NCBI RefSeq assembly: GCF_039654945.1 | Contig: NW_027361875.1 | Location: 1-64,000 of the forward strand | Length of the DNA stretch: 64,000 bases | Reading direction: 5' to 3' | Source: Dendrobates tinctorius | Lineage: Eukaryota | Shown here: positions 1 to 13,209 of the stretch, in pieces | Layout of the letters: the number at the start of each line of letters is the position of its first letter | Numbering within the stretch: the stretch's first letter is position 1 | Notes under the pieces: generated by a model | What the model was told of the DNA's origin: nothing | What the model saw: the letters and a program-made list of their open reading frames with translations, nothing else | The model's database searches: none | Made by a program: the position numbers and the translations under genes

Positions 1-549
1 GAATGTCGGAATGAGTACCTTATCTGGCCACTCCAACTCAGAGGCCAGTGTCCGGAACTAGATGGCGAAGTGGCTGACCATGGATGAGCCCTGTGATAAT
101 GCCAGCAGCCGGAGAGCGGTGTCATGGGTGACTCGCGGTCCTAAGAAGACCTGCTTCAGAGTGGCCAAGAACTGCGAGGCACTCTGCACCACATGAGCAC
201 CACGCTCCCACAGCGGTGTGGCCCACTCCAAAGCCCTGCCCGACAAGAGGGAAATGACAAATCCCACCTTAGCCCGCTCAGAGGGGAATCATGCAGCCAG
301 CATCTTTAGCTGTATAGCGCACTGGCTCACAACATCCCTACAAGAGGCACTATCGCCCAAGAATTTCTTGGGCAGCGGGAGGTGAGACAAAGTCGGAGCA
401 GGGATGGCAGTGGTCACACGAGAGACAGCCTCTGTGGCTGCCTGGAGCACGACCGCGGCAACATCCGCAGCTGAGGCTGGACGCTCAAGAGCCGCCAACC
501 TGCCCTCCAGCTGCCGGAAGTACAGGAGGAGTCGCTGCTCGTCCGCCAT
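1..549 (-). pseudogene. gag: Gypsy (Tf1/sushi-like) LTR retrotransposon gag, disrupted, continues beyond window start
   Basis: ORFs 289..549 and 58..267 give LPKKFLGDSASCRDVVSQC and GFVISLLSGRALEWATPLWE, typical of sushi/RTL-type capsid. An in-frame stop separates them. Confidence 0.85.
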
Positions 550-577
550 TACTAGACAGACCCTGGTGCTAGTATAC

Positions 578-1606
578 TGTTAGGGTTGCGGATCGCACTA
601 AATATAAAATATAAGGAAGTGCGATCGCAACCCGGGGTCCACCGTGCAGAGATGAAAAACTGCTGCTTAGTAATAATGGAGTACTAAGTGAGCACCTGCC
701 GGTTAGCCACTGACCCGGTGTGCACAGGAGCGAACTCTGTTACTTCACAGAGCCGCTGAAAGAATCGCCGGAGCCTGTTAACCCCCACAGGACTCGGCAG
801 AGGAAGCGCATAGCGTAAGGTCAAAGGACTCAGCCCTTAGACAGGACTGGAGTCCCTTTAGACCGCTAGCGCTCGGCACCACGGCTGCGGTGCCAGCAAG
901 AGTTACTATGATAGATAACACGTGCAAGTGTGCACAGTGCCGCTCAGGCGGACACCACTAATAGCCTGGGATTGGGCTAGATAAGCGCACAGGTTGCACA
1001 TGGTTTTGCACAGGTGTGGCTGTCACTTGCCGCATTACGATAGTGCCCTGCAGTGGGTGACACCATCGGACGCTAGTGTGCAGAAGACTGGAATGCACTG
1101 TGGCGTATACACTAGCCACTGACAGGCGCTGACTCTAACCGCTAAACCCTAACAACAGACACAACCAAGGGTAGGTGTTTCATACGGAGTCAGCCACCAG
1201 ATACATGCATCCATCATCATACACTCCATAAGTATTTGAGTCTATACTAGCGCCTGGACGAAAGGCCATGCGACCCTTTTATAGCAGTGTCCTTCCGGGG
1301 CCTTCCTAGTGGTCCAATGGGAGCAGCAATAGGACCTGAGCATGTGACCTCAGACTTCCAATGAGAGGACTTCCCACGGGCATGCTCAGTGGGCCGAAAG
1401 AAGGACTTAGTCTCAAAAGCTGCTCGCTGCTGGCTATTGCAGGTTACGATTGCTGAACTCTGACGACAACAGTAGTAGACTGAGCAAGACACCAGGAACG
1501 ATGTCTTTGCTGAGCAGGCTCCTCTGTGGCTGGAGAGGAATGGGAGACTGCAGAAGGCAAGGCCTTGGATTCCTGCTGTGCAGAGGCAGGAACCCGACGC
1601 CTAACA
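578..1606 (-). mobile_element. 5' LTR of the Gypsy element (about 1.03 kb)
   Basis: Termini TGTTAGG (578) and CCTAACA (1606) form a 7-bp inverted repeat. Minus-strand TATAAAA at 1283-1277. Lies immediately upstream of the gag ATG at 549. Confidence 0.8.
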
Positions 1607-1683
1607 TATAGGTGTCTTATATATATATATATATACAGACTGTGTGCTGCCCTGCAGTGTGTATATAGATGTCCTATAGTACT

Positions 1684-2700
1684 CAGCTCTGGCAAAATTT
1701 AAGAGACCCACTTCACAGTTTTATAAAAAGTAATAGGAATGAAAAAGTAACTTTTAACCATGCCAAAGGAGTTGAAAAGAAAAGTCTTGAGTGAGGAAAA
1801 GAAGGGCTCAATTCTGGCTTTACTAGCAGAGGGATACAGTGAGTGTCATGTTGCCTCCATCCTTAAGTTTCTAAGATGGCAGTCCATTACAACAAGGTCA
1901 AGCAGCAGACATTGGGGACAACAAAGCTACAGACCAGCAGAGGGCAAAAACGACTCTCCACTGACTGGGATGACCGTCATCTTATTCAAATGTCACTCAG
2001 CAACCGCAGGATGACATCAAGTGGCCTACAAAAGGAATGGCAGCTGGGGTGAAGTGCACGGCAAGAACAGTTCATAACAAGCTCCTAGAGGCAGGGCTCA
2101 AGTCATGTAAAGCTATAAAAAAAGCCTTTCATCAATGAGAAGCAAAGGAGAGCCAGGCTGAAGTTTGCCAACAACCATAAAAATTGGACCATAGAGGACT
2201 GTATTAAGGTAATCTCTGATGAGTCTAATTTTCAGCTTTGCCCATCACACTTGTCGTCTAATGGTTAGACGGAGACATGGAGAGGCGTACAAGCCACATT
2301 GTCTTGCACCCACTGTGAAATTTGGTGGGGGATCGGTGATGATCTGGGGATGCTTCAGCAAGGCTGGAATTGGGCAGGTTAATCTTTGCTAAGGACGTAT
2401 GAATCTAGCTGCATACAAGATTATCATGGAAAAACAGATGATTCCTTCTGCTCAGGCAATGTTCGACAACTATGAGGACTGTTTTTTTTCCAGCAGGACA
2501 ATGCGCCATGCCACACAGCTAGGTCAATCAATCTGTAGATGAAGGACAACCACATCAAACCCCTGTCATGGGTAGCCCAATCTCCAAACTTGAACCCCAT
2601 TGAAAACCTCTGGAATGTAATCAAGACGAAGATGGATAGTCACAAGCCATCAAAGACGAGCTGCTTAAATTTTTGTACCAGGTGTGGCATAAGGTCACAT
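1684..2700 (+). mobile_element. Tc1/mariner element, internally deleted, frameshifted transposase
   Basis: End CAGCTCTGGCAAAAT resembles the end at 25403. Peptides MPKELKRKVLSEEKKGSILALL and [15 protein letters not shown] are split over several frames. Confidence 0.85.
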
Positions 2701-2919
2701 CACCAGACTACATCACCAGAACCTCTGTCAGTACATTAATGCATTCACAAAACAAAGTTTTGCATAGTTGATAAGTGTTTGGAGAGTTTCAAAGAAAATC
2801 AGTGTGAGCACACTCAACCTTATACTGAATTTTTGGAAAATAAATTCTACCAAATCTTCCTCATTATCTAAGTTTTAAGGATTTTTCAAATTTAACATGA
2901 AGCACATTATGGATTTCTA

Positions 2920-3180
2920 GATGACCAGAACCACCATCAGCACATAAATGCAGCACCAGAACCACCATCAATACATGAGTGCAGCACCAGAATCACTATC
3001 AGTACATGAATGCAACACCAGAACCACCATTAGTACATTATAGCAGCACCAAAAGCACCATCAGTACATGAATATATCACCAGAACCACGGTCAGTACAT
3101 GAATACTTCACTAGGACTACCGTCCGTGTTATGAATATATGACCAGAACCACTGTCAGTACCGGAATACATCACCTAATT
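2920..3180. repeat. About 30-bp minisatellite (CAGAACCACCATCAGTACATGAAT...)
   Basis: About 8 degenerate tandem copies visible by eye. Confidence 0.8.
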
Positions 3181-3640
3181 CAGTACTGTGATCATTTGCA
3201 ATTCCAAGTATGTCCTTAACATAACTCCTAACTTTTGAAGAACAGAAAGAGGGGCAAATTTTGGTCACACCCTTAGCCACGCCCATTTACCATTACCTTT
3301 CTACCCTGATAGGAGGAGATGTCAGAGGGGCGGTGACTGTGAGAGAAATTCAGATGCCTGTGACTGCAGGGCGTCGACCCAAATCAGGGACGCTGTATCT
3401 GGGACAGTTTGTTTAGTGTCCAGTTCAATGGTATCGAGCGGCTGGATGGGAGGCCTGCAAATATCTTACTGTCCCGCATTCCCGGCGCGGCTTTTGATCA
3501 CTCAGGGCCAGTGGATGTCATCTGTGTGTCCTGCTCCTCTTCAGTTGGGACATGTAGGTTTAATTTTTGTTCATTCATTCACAGTCGGAGCCGCCTTAAC
3601 TTTCTCATCTTTACAAAATCTGGCTTTTTTGTGTCTGTAA

Positions 3641-4274
3641 GGCCATGTTCACACATTGTATAAATACTGTATTTTTTTTGTTTTTTTGCAGGTCCTGCAC
3701 CAAACTTCACAATAACAATCTTCTCTGATTATTGCTACACTGTTTCCTTATTTGATGCATTTTTGGTGCAAATGTGAAGCTGTGTTTTTAATGTTTTCTA
3801 CAGTTTTCAAGAAATCGCATCCACTGCTTGTTCAACCCAGCAAAATTTCTGTGTAAAGCAGAAAAAACACAGCGTTTACGCTACATGTACATGGTCTAAA
3901 TTTTTAAACAAAATGAATGAAATTTTATGAAATTTCCGCCCTTGATGCGTCTAAGGATGTTGCTGTAATGTGCAGTTTTGGTGCTTTTTTTCTCTATAGA
4001 CTTCTATGTGGAGCCTGAAAAAAACCGTTGTTGCATATTTAAGTGCAGAATCAAAGCTTTTCTGCAGTATTAAAAAAGTGTTAAAAATGCAGATTGACAT
4101 CTGCACTAAAAAAAGGCATCAAATAAGGGGGGAAAGCATAAAAGAAATGCTGCAAACACGCAATAAATATGGATGATTGTTATTGCGTCATGTGGAGCAG
4201 GCACCTACTGAAAACGTGCAGAAAACAAGCAGCAGAAAAAAAACACTGTATTTATGCTACGTGTGAACATGGCC
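3641..4274. mobile_element. PIF/Harbinger-type MITE
   Basis: 14-bp TIR GGCCATGTTCACAC / GTGTGAACATGGCC, flanked by TAA and TCA. Confidence 0.75.
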
Positions 4275-4469
4275 TCAGCGTTATAATGTTATTACATTTT
4301 TATTAGGTTTAATGCAGAAAAAATATCAATCACTCCATTAACCGATCCACGTAAATCTGATTACTGTGTTATGCAGGTCGTTACGATTACAAGGACATCA
4401 AATATGTCTGTTATTTGCTGATTTGTGATGTTTATTATTAAAAAAATCCAATTAAATCTTGCAATATCA

Positions 4470-7400
4470 TCAATGTGACATTTTACTGAATCTGTCCACC
4501 ACCACCATAATTACCGTATTACCTGCTGACACGGGTAGATCAGTCATAAAATCGATGGATAAATGAGTCACAGATCCACTGGGAATCACCAATGGTTGGA
4601 GGGACCTAGACAGACGGACGAGTATGAAACGTTTTAGAACGTGAACAAACACTGCAGGCGCTACATATTCCTGTGCATTGTGATGTACCCCTGACCACCA
4701 AAAACGCAGAGTAAAAAGATCTGTGGTGACTTTATTACCAGGATGTCCGGCCAAGACTGAATCATGATGTTCACTAAAAACTCTTAGCCGGAGATTCACA
4801 GGCACAGTTTACCTAACGGACAGGCCGCAGGGCATCTCCCTGAGCATCAACAACCTCATTTTCAAGATTGGAGAATTAAAGACTCAACCAACCCTTTTTG
4901 TAATATACGCACCGGTTCACAATTATCTCCACCCATAGGATAATTAGATAAGGCATTCGCCTTAATGTTTTTGTTCCCTCGTCTGTATGTAACAAAAAAG
5001 ATAAACCTGGTGAAGAACAATGCCCATCTTGCCTGTCGAGGCGTTAGACGTTTCGCAGACTCTGGATATACAAAATTCCTATCATCCATGATTACCACAA
5101 CTGGTTGAACTTCTCCCTAAAGAAAATGACGGCACGATTACCAAGAGTTTCCTGTTATGAATGTCATAATTCCCGTACATGATTTAAAAAAAAAAATATG
5201 CACATGGACTCCATTTACCAGGAGACGCACCCTGCAACACTACAACACTACAGCTCCCACTTCAGAGGCCTCAACTTCTACAATAAAAGGCTGAGTGACG
5301 TCAGGCTGTATGAGAATCAGCACAGATGCAAAACACTTTCAAATTATCAAATGACCTCTCTGGCCGGACTGGACCACATGGAAAAGTCTGTCCCTTTCCT
5401 AGTCATATCCGTCAGAGGTTTGGCCACTACCAAAAAGTTTTTGATGAACTTGCGGTAGTACATAGATGGTGAAACTCAAAAACCTTTGTAACGCCTTTAA
5501 ATCCTCAGGACGATCCCAATTCATTACCGCCCAGACATTCTCCGGATCCATGCGAAAACCGGAGGACGATAACACATATCCTAGAAAAGGAATCTCCTTA
5601 ACCGAGAACATACATTTCTCTGGTTTGACAAATAATTTATTGTCTCAGAAAATCTTTAAGATCTGCCTGACATGTACCTGATGTGATTCAAGGTCAGGTT
5701 AATAAATTAATATGTCATCAAGATAGATCACCACAAATCTACCTACCAGGTGACTAAAAATGTCATTAACAAAGTGCTGAAAGATGGTGAGAACATTAGT
5801 CAACCCAAATGGCGTCACAAGCTTCTCATAGTGCCTTTAAAGCATATTGAAAGTGGTTTTCCACTCACCCCCCTCTTTAATGCAAATGAGATTATATGCC
5901 CCCCTGAGATCCAGTTTAGAAAACCATTTTACTCCTACAATGTGATTAAAGAGGTCAGGAATGAGAGGAAGCAGATTAGGATCCTGAAACGTGATCTGAT
6001 TGAGTTTGTGGAAATCTAGGCAGGGGCTGTCTTTCTTTGCAAAGAAAAACCCCACAATCCCCCGCAATGGGGGATAGGGACGGTCAGATATTGACCCTTG
6101 ACAAACTTTCCTCAATAATGTCCTTCATGGCCTGCCTCTCTGGACCAGAGATATTATATAGTCTGCTCTTTTGCAGCTTGGCCCCAGAAACAAGATTAAC
6201 GGCACAGTAATGAGGACAATGGGGAAGAAGTTCTTAGCACCCCTGCTCCAAGAACACATCCCCAAAGTCAGACAGGTATTTAGGCAAAGACTGGGTAACC
6301 ACCCTTGCAAGCCAGTTGCCCAAGCAGTGTCCTTGACAATACTCACTCCACTTTACCACATCCCGGGTGTGCAAATCTACCACAGGGTGGCGCAGAGTGA
6401 GCCAAGGAAGTCCAAGAACCACAGGTGAAGACAGACCCTCTAGCACATAATAGTAATACCATCTGAGTGCATGGCCCCTGTAGATGTAACGCTTGGACGG
6501 CTTGATTAAAATACCCCTGTCTCAAGGGTGCGGAGTCGATACGTTTATTTTTTAACCATTCCATTGTAGATTTTGCTTTATGTTTGGGATCATTGTCTTG
6601 TTGGAAGACAAATCTCTGTCCCAGTCTCAGGTCTTTTGCAGACTCCAACAGGTTTTCTTCAAGAATGGTCCTGTATTTGGCTCCATCCATCTTCTCATCA
6701 ATTTTAACCATCTTCCCTGTCCCTGCTGAAGAAAAGCAGGCCCAAACCATGATGCTGCCACCACCATGTTTGACAGTGGGGATGGTGTGTTCAGGGTGAT
6801 GAGCTGTGTTGCCTTTACGCCAAACATATCGCTTGTCATTGTTGCCAAAAATTTCGATTTTGGTTTCATTTGACCAGAGCACCTTCTTCCACATGTTTGA
6901 TGTGTCTCCCAGGTGGCTTGTTGCAAACTATAAACAACACTTTTTATGGATATCTTTGAGAAATTGCTTTCTTCTTGCCACTCTTCCATAAAGGCCAGAT
7001 TTGTACAGGGTACGACTGATTGTGGTCCTATGGACAGACTGTCCCACCTCAGCTGTAGATCTCTGCAGTTCATACAGAGTGCTCATGGGTCTCTTGGCTG
7101 CATCTCTGATCAGTCTTCTCCTTGTTTGAGATGAAAGTTTAGAGGGATGGCCGGGTCTTGGTAGATTTGCAGTGGTATGATGCTCCTTCCATTTCAATAT
7201 GATCGCTTGCACAGTGCTCCTTGGGATATTTAAAGTTTTGGAAATCATTTTGTATCCAAATCCGACTTTAAACTTCTCCACAACAGTATCACGCACCTGC
7301 CTGTTGTGTTCTTTGGTCTTCATGATGCTTGCTGTGCTTCAACCAGAACCCTGAGACTATCACAGAGCAAGTGCATTTATAGACTTGATTACACACAGGT

Positions 7401-8309
7401 GGATTATATTTATCATCCTTAGTCATTTAGGACAACATTGGATCATTCAGAGATCCACAATGAACTTCTGGAGTGAGTTTGCTGCACTGAAAGTAAAGGG
7501 GCCAAATAATATTGCACACCCCACTTTTCAGTTTTTGTATTTCCAGAAAAATATAAAATAACCAATACATTTTGTTCAACTTCACAATTGTGTCCCGCTT
7601 GTTGTTGATTCTTCACCAAAAATTTACATTTGGTATCTTTATGTTTGAAGCATGATATGTGGAAAAAGGCTGAAAAGGGGGCCGAATACTTTCGTAAGGT
7701 ACTGTAGGTCGGGATAGTTTATATGGTTTGAGGCCCTGGACTTGGACGAACCTAGCATTGATCAAGTTAAGCCCTGCCCCACTGCCCAGAAATGCAGAAA
7801 TAACCACCTTATTTTTGCCCAGATGGATTTTAGCCGTCAGAAAAAAATGAGTCCTACCAACTGCGGAGAAATGCACACCTGGGTTGCTAACCTCTCCGTG
7901 ACCCAGACTCCTTCATTTTCTGGTGGCTGTTTACAGTGAGATAAAGAAGGACACGTGCCCACAAAATGGCCCTTTGTACCACAGTAAAAATATACTCCCC
8001 CTTTGAACCGAACAACAGACTGCTTTCCAGAACAAATTCCCCCACCCAACTGCATGGGTTCCTCAGATGACTCAGAGAAGGATCCCCTTGGCCCCGAACC
8101 TGCCGCCCTTTGGAGTGTCTATGTCTCTGGCGAAGACAGCATTCCACCCGGATAGCCAGAGACATGGCCATCTCAAGGGAAACTGCAGTTTCATACAGGG
8201 CTAAGGCATCCAACACCCTTCCTAATAGCCCTTCACAGAACTGGACACGGAGCACGGAGTCATTCCATTTAGTGTCAGTGGACCACCCCGGGTTTTTGGG
8301 GTATTCCAT
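4470..8309 (-). pseudogene. Degenerate Gypsy gag-pol (gag, zinc knuckle, protease, RT, RNase H, integrase), interrupted by a Tc1 fragment
   Basis: Fragments [73 protein letters not shown] and VVVDRFSKMSH occur in Gypsy domain order. Many stops and frameshifts. No LTRs seen. Confidence 0.9.
6540..7704 (-). mobile_element. Tc1 (Passport-like) element, 3'-truncated, nested in the Gypsy protease region
   Basis: Left TIR ends at 7704 followed by TA. ORFs MKTKEHNRQVRDTVVEKF and VKHGGGSIMVWACF...QQDNDPKH. Same family as 54818-56432. Confidence 0.9.
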
Positions 8310-9609
8310 TGATTACTTTTACCTTTTTTCGCACATGGGTTTACTTGGAGTATCTTAGTTCGGCTTTGCCAAAGTTATCTTTGGAGACAAGGAGACCAAT
8401 TTCACCAACATCTGCAAAAACCTCTAGGGGAGAGGTCTCACTTTCACCTGGTGTCTAACCCTACAACTTGTATATTTATAATATTCATCACCAAATTGCT
8501 CTCCTGGATGGTTGGGAGACATGACTCTTGGAGGAGGTTTAGATCCCATTCTTTATTCATGGCAGTGTTCTTGTGCAAAATTGTTAAATTTGTTAGTGAA
8601 TCCCCTCCATAGATGTAAAGCCCCCACACATTAGTGGTTTAAAGATGCTTTACTTTTGGCGTGACACAGGGCCCATAGTTGCGCTTAGGTGTTTTTCTCC
8701 AGACAATCCAGGCACTGCAAATATTTTTTTTGTCGATGTATTGGTTAAGAAAAGTTTAACAAAACTTATGAAATGCCAATAATTGTACTTAAGTAACCAC
8801 AGAAACATCCAACCAAGAGATCAAATAACGCTGAAGAAGAAAACTTTGGGAAAATCAAAATTTGTATCAATCTCAGAACCATTGGCCACAACTGTGTCTT
8901 TACCAGTTCTCTATAGCTCTGTTTTTTTCAGCAGGATTCTTCCCTGGTCTCCTATGTTCTTGGCAATGGTTTATGACCTTGAAGTCTATTCTCTTGTACT
9001 AAACATTTTTACTTCCGTTGTAGTGGATTTTCTTCATGGTTTTGCTTTTAAAAACCCAATAAAAAAGAACTGCTTCTTGGTTTGTGGTGTTTGCCTCTAA
9101 CAATGAGAGTGAAGGGCATCCAGCTGTCCTTATTCCATGTGGCACTTTTGCGTGCTTAATGCTTTTTATTGCATTGCTCAGAGCACATCTAGAATGTTTC
9201 CTTTAATCACATCACATCCCATTATAAGTATAGAAGGAGCGAAGCATCACCATAAAAGAATTTGCCTTTTACTGCAACTGTTTTGAACATCTTATAACAC
9301 TATTAGTTATGGTTAAAGAAATGTGGATCACATTATACAATTATCTACTGGGTCCTACTGTTGCTTGTGTGGCCTAGCAAACTGAACTCCAGTGTGTGCT
9401 GCAAGATTGAAACCCCAATTTTATGAAACACTTTGGCCATGTTCACACTGTATTCTGCTTTATAATCTACATCAAAATGTACGCAAAGCATCTGCTCTGA
9501 CAGAATACTGCAGCTGATCACTGACTGCAGTGGTCACAAGGCAACAATCTAAGAAGAATGTCACATGACCCCAGGAAGATCACAGAAGCAGCGCCAGTCT
9601 AGGAGTTAA

Positions 9610-10059
9610 AGGGTTTATCCAGGACTATTTTCTTTACTATTGTGCCTAAGAGCCAACAGGCAGGTAGTTGCTAACTACCTACCTGTTCTACTTGGCACCG
9701 AGTGATCACCGCCGCCCCTGCTGGCGATTTAGCTGCTTCCCGTCAACACAGCAGCTCTTCTTACTGGATGCTGTGTCAACAGGATGTGACTGCTGATGTC
9801 AGGCTGATTGACAACCAGGTCCGCATAGTTACGTAGCGGTCAGCCGGCTGGATATCAGCATGGTGTCGGCAGTCACACCACATCAGCAGAGTCGGCTGCT
9901 GCTCTGTCGATGTGACCTCAGTGGAAGCCATATAACTGCCAACAGGAGCTCTATGCCGGCTAAGATCTGTGCTGGGCACAATAGGCAGGTAGGTAGCAAA
10001 TATATGCCTGTTAGTACTAATGCACATAGTACAAAAAAAAATAGTTGCTGATAACCCTT
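9610..10059. mobile_element. T2/Kolobok-like palindromic MITE
   Basis: TTAA-AGGG...CCCTT-TTAA termini, with internal inverted symmetry (AGGCAGGTAG repeats, GTACTA/TAGTAC-type arms). Confidence 0.65.
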
Positions 10060-11347
10060 TTAAGTATGGACTTTGAATTATCACCAGAATTCAACTACTA
10101 AGAAATGGTTGTTCAGTAGTTGTCAGCCCCTTTAATATCTATATCCTTTCAAGCCCAAGTTGATCCAGAGAGAGAAAGGCAGATATTATTCTCTAAATGG
10201 CAAAAACCCAATTCTCCATAAGGTGGAAATAATTAGTTCCTGATTTCTATAGTCCCTTCGATAATATTAGCACTTAGTCACTTTGCTATAGGTAAGTGGT
10301 AGACTGTGCACGTGTCGATATACTTAACAGTCGACATCTTCTCCCATGATCTGCCCCGTTCCCGTTCTTTTTGTACCACACGACTGCACTTCAGACTAAC
10401 TAGACCGCGCAGCGTTTGCTACACCACTGTGAGTCTCATAAGATTCCTGTAAATAAAACAACTTCCGGTCCTCACAAAAGACGCCTAGTCTGAATTGCGG
10501 TCACGTGGTGCAGTAAAGGACCAGAAGAGTGCGGATCACGGGAGCAGATGGCAATTATACATGTGTGGCCCACTCTTAATTTTTTTCAAATCTGCAGCAT
10601 GTCAATTTTTTCAGCATAACTGCAACATTATTACACCCATAAGAAAAAAACAATGCAAAACACTGCAGAGATAATGCATCAAGCAGGTTTTTGCAGCATT
10701 TTTGGTGAGTAAAACATATACTATAGATAGATAAATCACACATGTAATCTTCTTAAAAAAAAAATGAGCACACTTTGGCTTTTTTTAAAAAAAAAAACGC
10801 TGAGTGTGAACATAGCTTTACTGTCCTAGACCACCTGCTACACAAACGTAGATCACTCTTTTTCAACTCCAGTCTGGAAGCATCCATAACTAGATGTAGT
10901 TTTCAAGACAATTCCATATCAGAAATTCAGCTTTTTCAATGTGGTTTTCATTTTTTTTGTGATGACTTTTAAGGCTGGCGTCACACTAGAGAGGAATACG
11001 GATGAGTGAGAGGCATTAAAAACACACATTGCACACGGACCAATGATTCTCTATGGGATAGCTCCCATCAGCCGTATTTTTGTCGCGTATTTTTTACGGG
11101 CCGAGTCAATCGCAGCATGTTGCGATTGTCAGCGTACTACGACCGTAGTCCGCCAATGTAAGTCTATGGGTGCGCAAAAAAATACATTACACACGGACCA
11201 CACATGTGACCTGCGAGAAATACGCAAGACTTCTCCTTGTGACAGGAAATGGACCAATCCATCATCAGGAAGCTTAGACATGCAAATTAGCTCAAAAAAC
11301 GCTCCAGACATACCAGGAAGTACGCCTCCACGGAGTACATCAGCGTC

Positions 11348-12949
11348 ATGTCTAGCCACATTAATGTGGAGCTCTTAATTGTGTTGGTCCAGGAAAGGCC
11401 CGAACTTTTAGACCAACGGGTTGTCCATTATTCAGACTGGGCCCGAAAATAGGGGGCATGGAGGCGCATCTGTGTGCACATGTTTCCAGACTTTGCCCAA
11501 CGGCCACGTGAGGAGCAACAACAAATTCATAAGTAATTGCCTTTTTTACCAATCAGCTTAAAGGCTAGAAGTGAGCTTTTTGAAAAGTAGCCCCTACAAT
11601 CCTATACTGTGTATGTAGGTATCCCTGTTTGCTAACGACAAATTTAGCTACAAACCACCCCTTACTAGGCCACATGACTATATGAAATGTTAGGAATATT
11701 GCTTGGCACATTTCACAAAGGTTAAAGTCCATTTTCACTTCACATTGCAGTTGAGGATGTGATGAGACGCTGGCGCAGCATCCGCGACCAGTACCGGCGG
11801 GAAAGACAGCAGAGGGCCAGGAGTGGGGCAGCAGCATCGACCAAGCGGAAATACATATATTTTGACTGTTTGTCATTTTTGGCACCCAGTATAGATCTCA
11901 GACCGTAAGTACAGACATCACACCACATGACACATATGCTTTTTAGGGTCAGAGCTACATTTATTTTTTTTTACATTTCCTAACAAAACTCAGTCCAACC
12001 TCACAGAGAGGGAGACAGGGTCGGATACTAAGCCCATTATAGACCCAGACAGGGGATGGGAAGAGGTGGCTGGCCCATGTTCTGACCCGAGCTTTTGCAA
12101 CCCCCAAGTCCCACCAGCATCAGGACCAGCATCAGGTTCTGGACCTGGTCCAGAACCAGCAGCCAGCAACGTAGAAGACCTTGGCAACAGCAGCAGCCCT
12201 ACTGGCCGTCTTGAGGGGTCCCCCCAGCCTGCAGCCCTAGGCCACCGTGGGAGACGGAGAAGAGACAACACTGCCTCTGATACCCGGAGGCATGTAGACA
12301 CAGGTGTCCTCAATTACCTGTCCAGGGCTGCCCAGGATTAGGGTGAAGAGGCATATTGCCGAAGCCTGGTCCGGGACCTTCGTCCCCTACCCCATGAGGT
12401 GAGGCTACGTGTGCGAGGATCCATTCAGATCCTAATTGATTCATGCACACACCCCAATGACCCATATGAGTTGTTTGAGTATCTTGAGAGGTGGCAGCTC
12501 GCAACCCGTAACCGTCTCCGCCTTGCCCGACAACCAGATGTGCATGCTCAATTAGGATCTGAAGTTCCACCTGCACGTGTGCCTACACCTCCACCCATTC
12601 CCCCCCAAACCAACCTTGGCATCAACAGGGCCAAATGGCAGCCTATAATCAACCTGCCCAATATGGCCACTTGTACAGACCCGGTGTTGGAGGCTGGCCC
12701 CAACCTGGGTTTGGACAACATGGTCATATTGGGGGGTATGATGGACGTGGCTACAATCAGCCACAGGATTTGAATCTCCATTATCCTTATGGTCTCTTTG
12801 GTGCGCAGCTACATGACCATGGCCACATATTCCCACAGGGCCAAGAACAACCACCCCAACAGGGTGATGGTCAAGCTGGGCACCCCAACCCCCAACAAAG
12901 AGATGAAGGTCTCCCGCCATCACCTCCGCCAAGCTACCAGCAGTTATAA
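11348..12949 (+). pseudogene. Harbinger MADF/Myb-SANT DNA-binding protein with BESS-like segment, spliced, disrupted
   Basis: ATG at 11348 reads MSSHINVELLIVLVQERPELLD...RK*GAWRRIC. After an intron (about 11530-11750) it reads VMRRWRSIRDQYRRE...KYIYFDCLSFL. Later YCRSLVRDLRPLPHEVRLRVRGSIQILI. In-frame stops present; 3' end approximate. Confidence 0.8.
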
Positions 12950-13209
12950 CAACCCAAATAATATAATGTTCTATACAGAAAAGGCTAAATGGCCAGGGCA
13001 ATATCTGCCATATGACCAAAATATGGTCAACAGTATTCTAAGTTATTTCTTGCAATTATAAAAAGTTTGAAAATGAAACTTTGGCCCTCTTCTTGAATTA
13101 TTTTAGGCATTCGAATAAGTAAGTCAACTTTAGCCCATATAAACCAAACACACAAATCATAGAACAGCAAAAAAATAGATTTATATACACACACATAAGA
13201 ACATCACAA

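Noticed and set aside
6343-6894. 183-aa ORF as a novel fusion gene
   Set aside because: Chance read-through across a transposon deletion junction. It lacks the catalytic E and drifts out of frame.
8310-8780. Possible L1/Tx1 LINE remnant
   Set aside because: No diagnostic motif readable; cannot be supported without a search.
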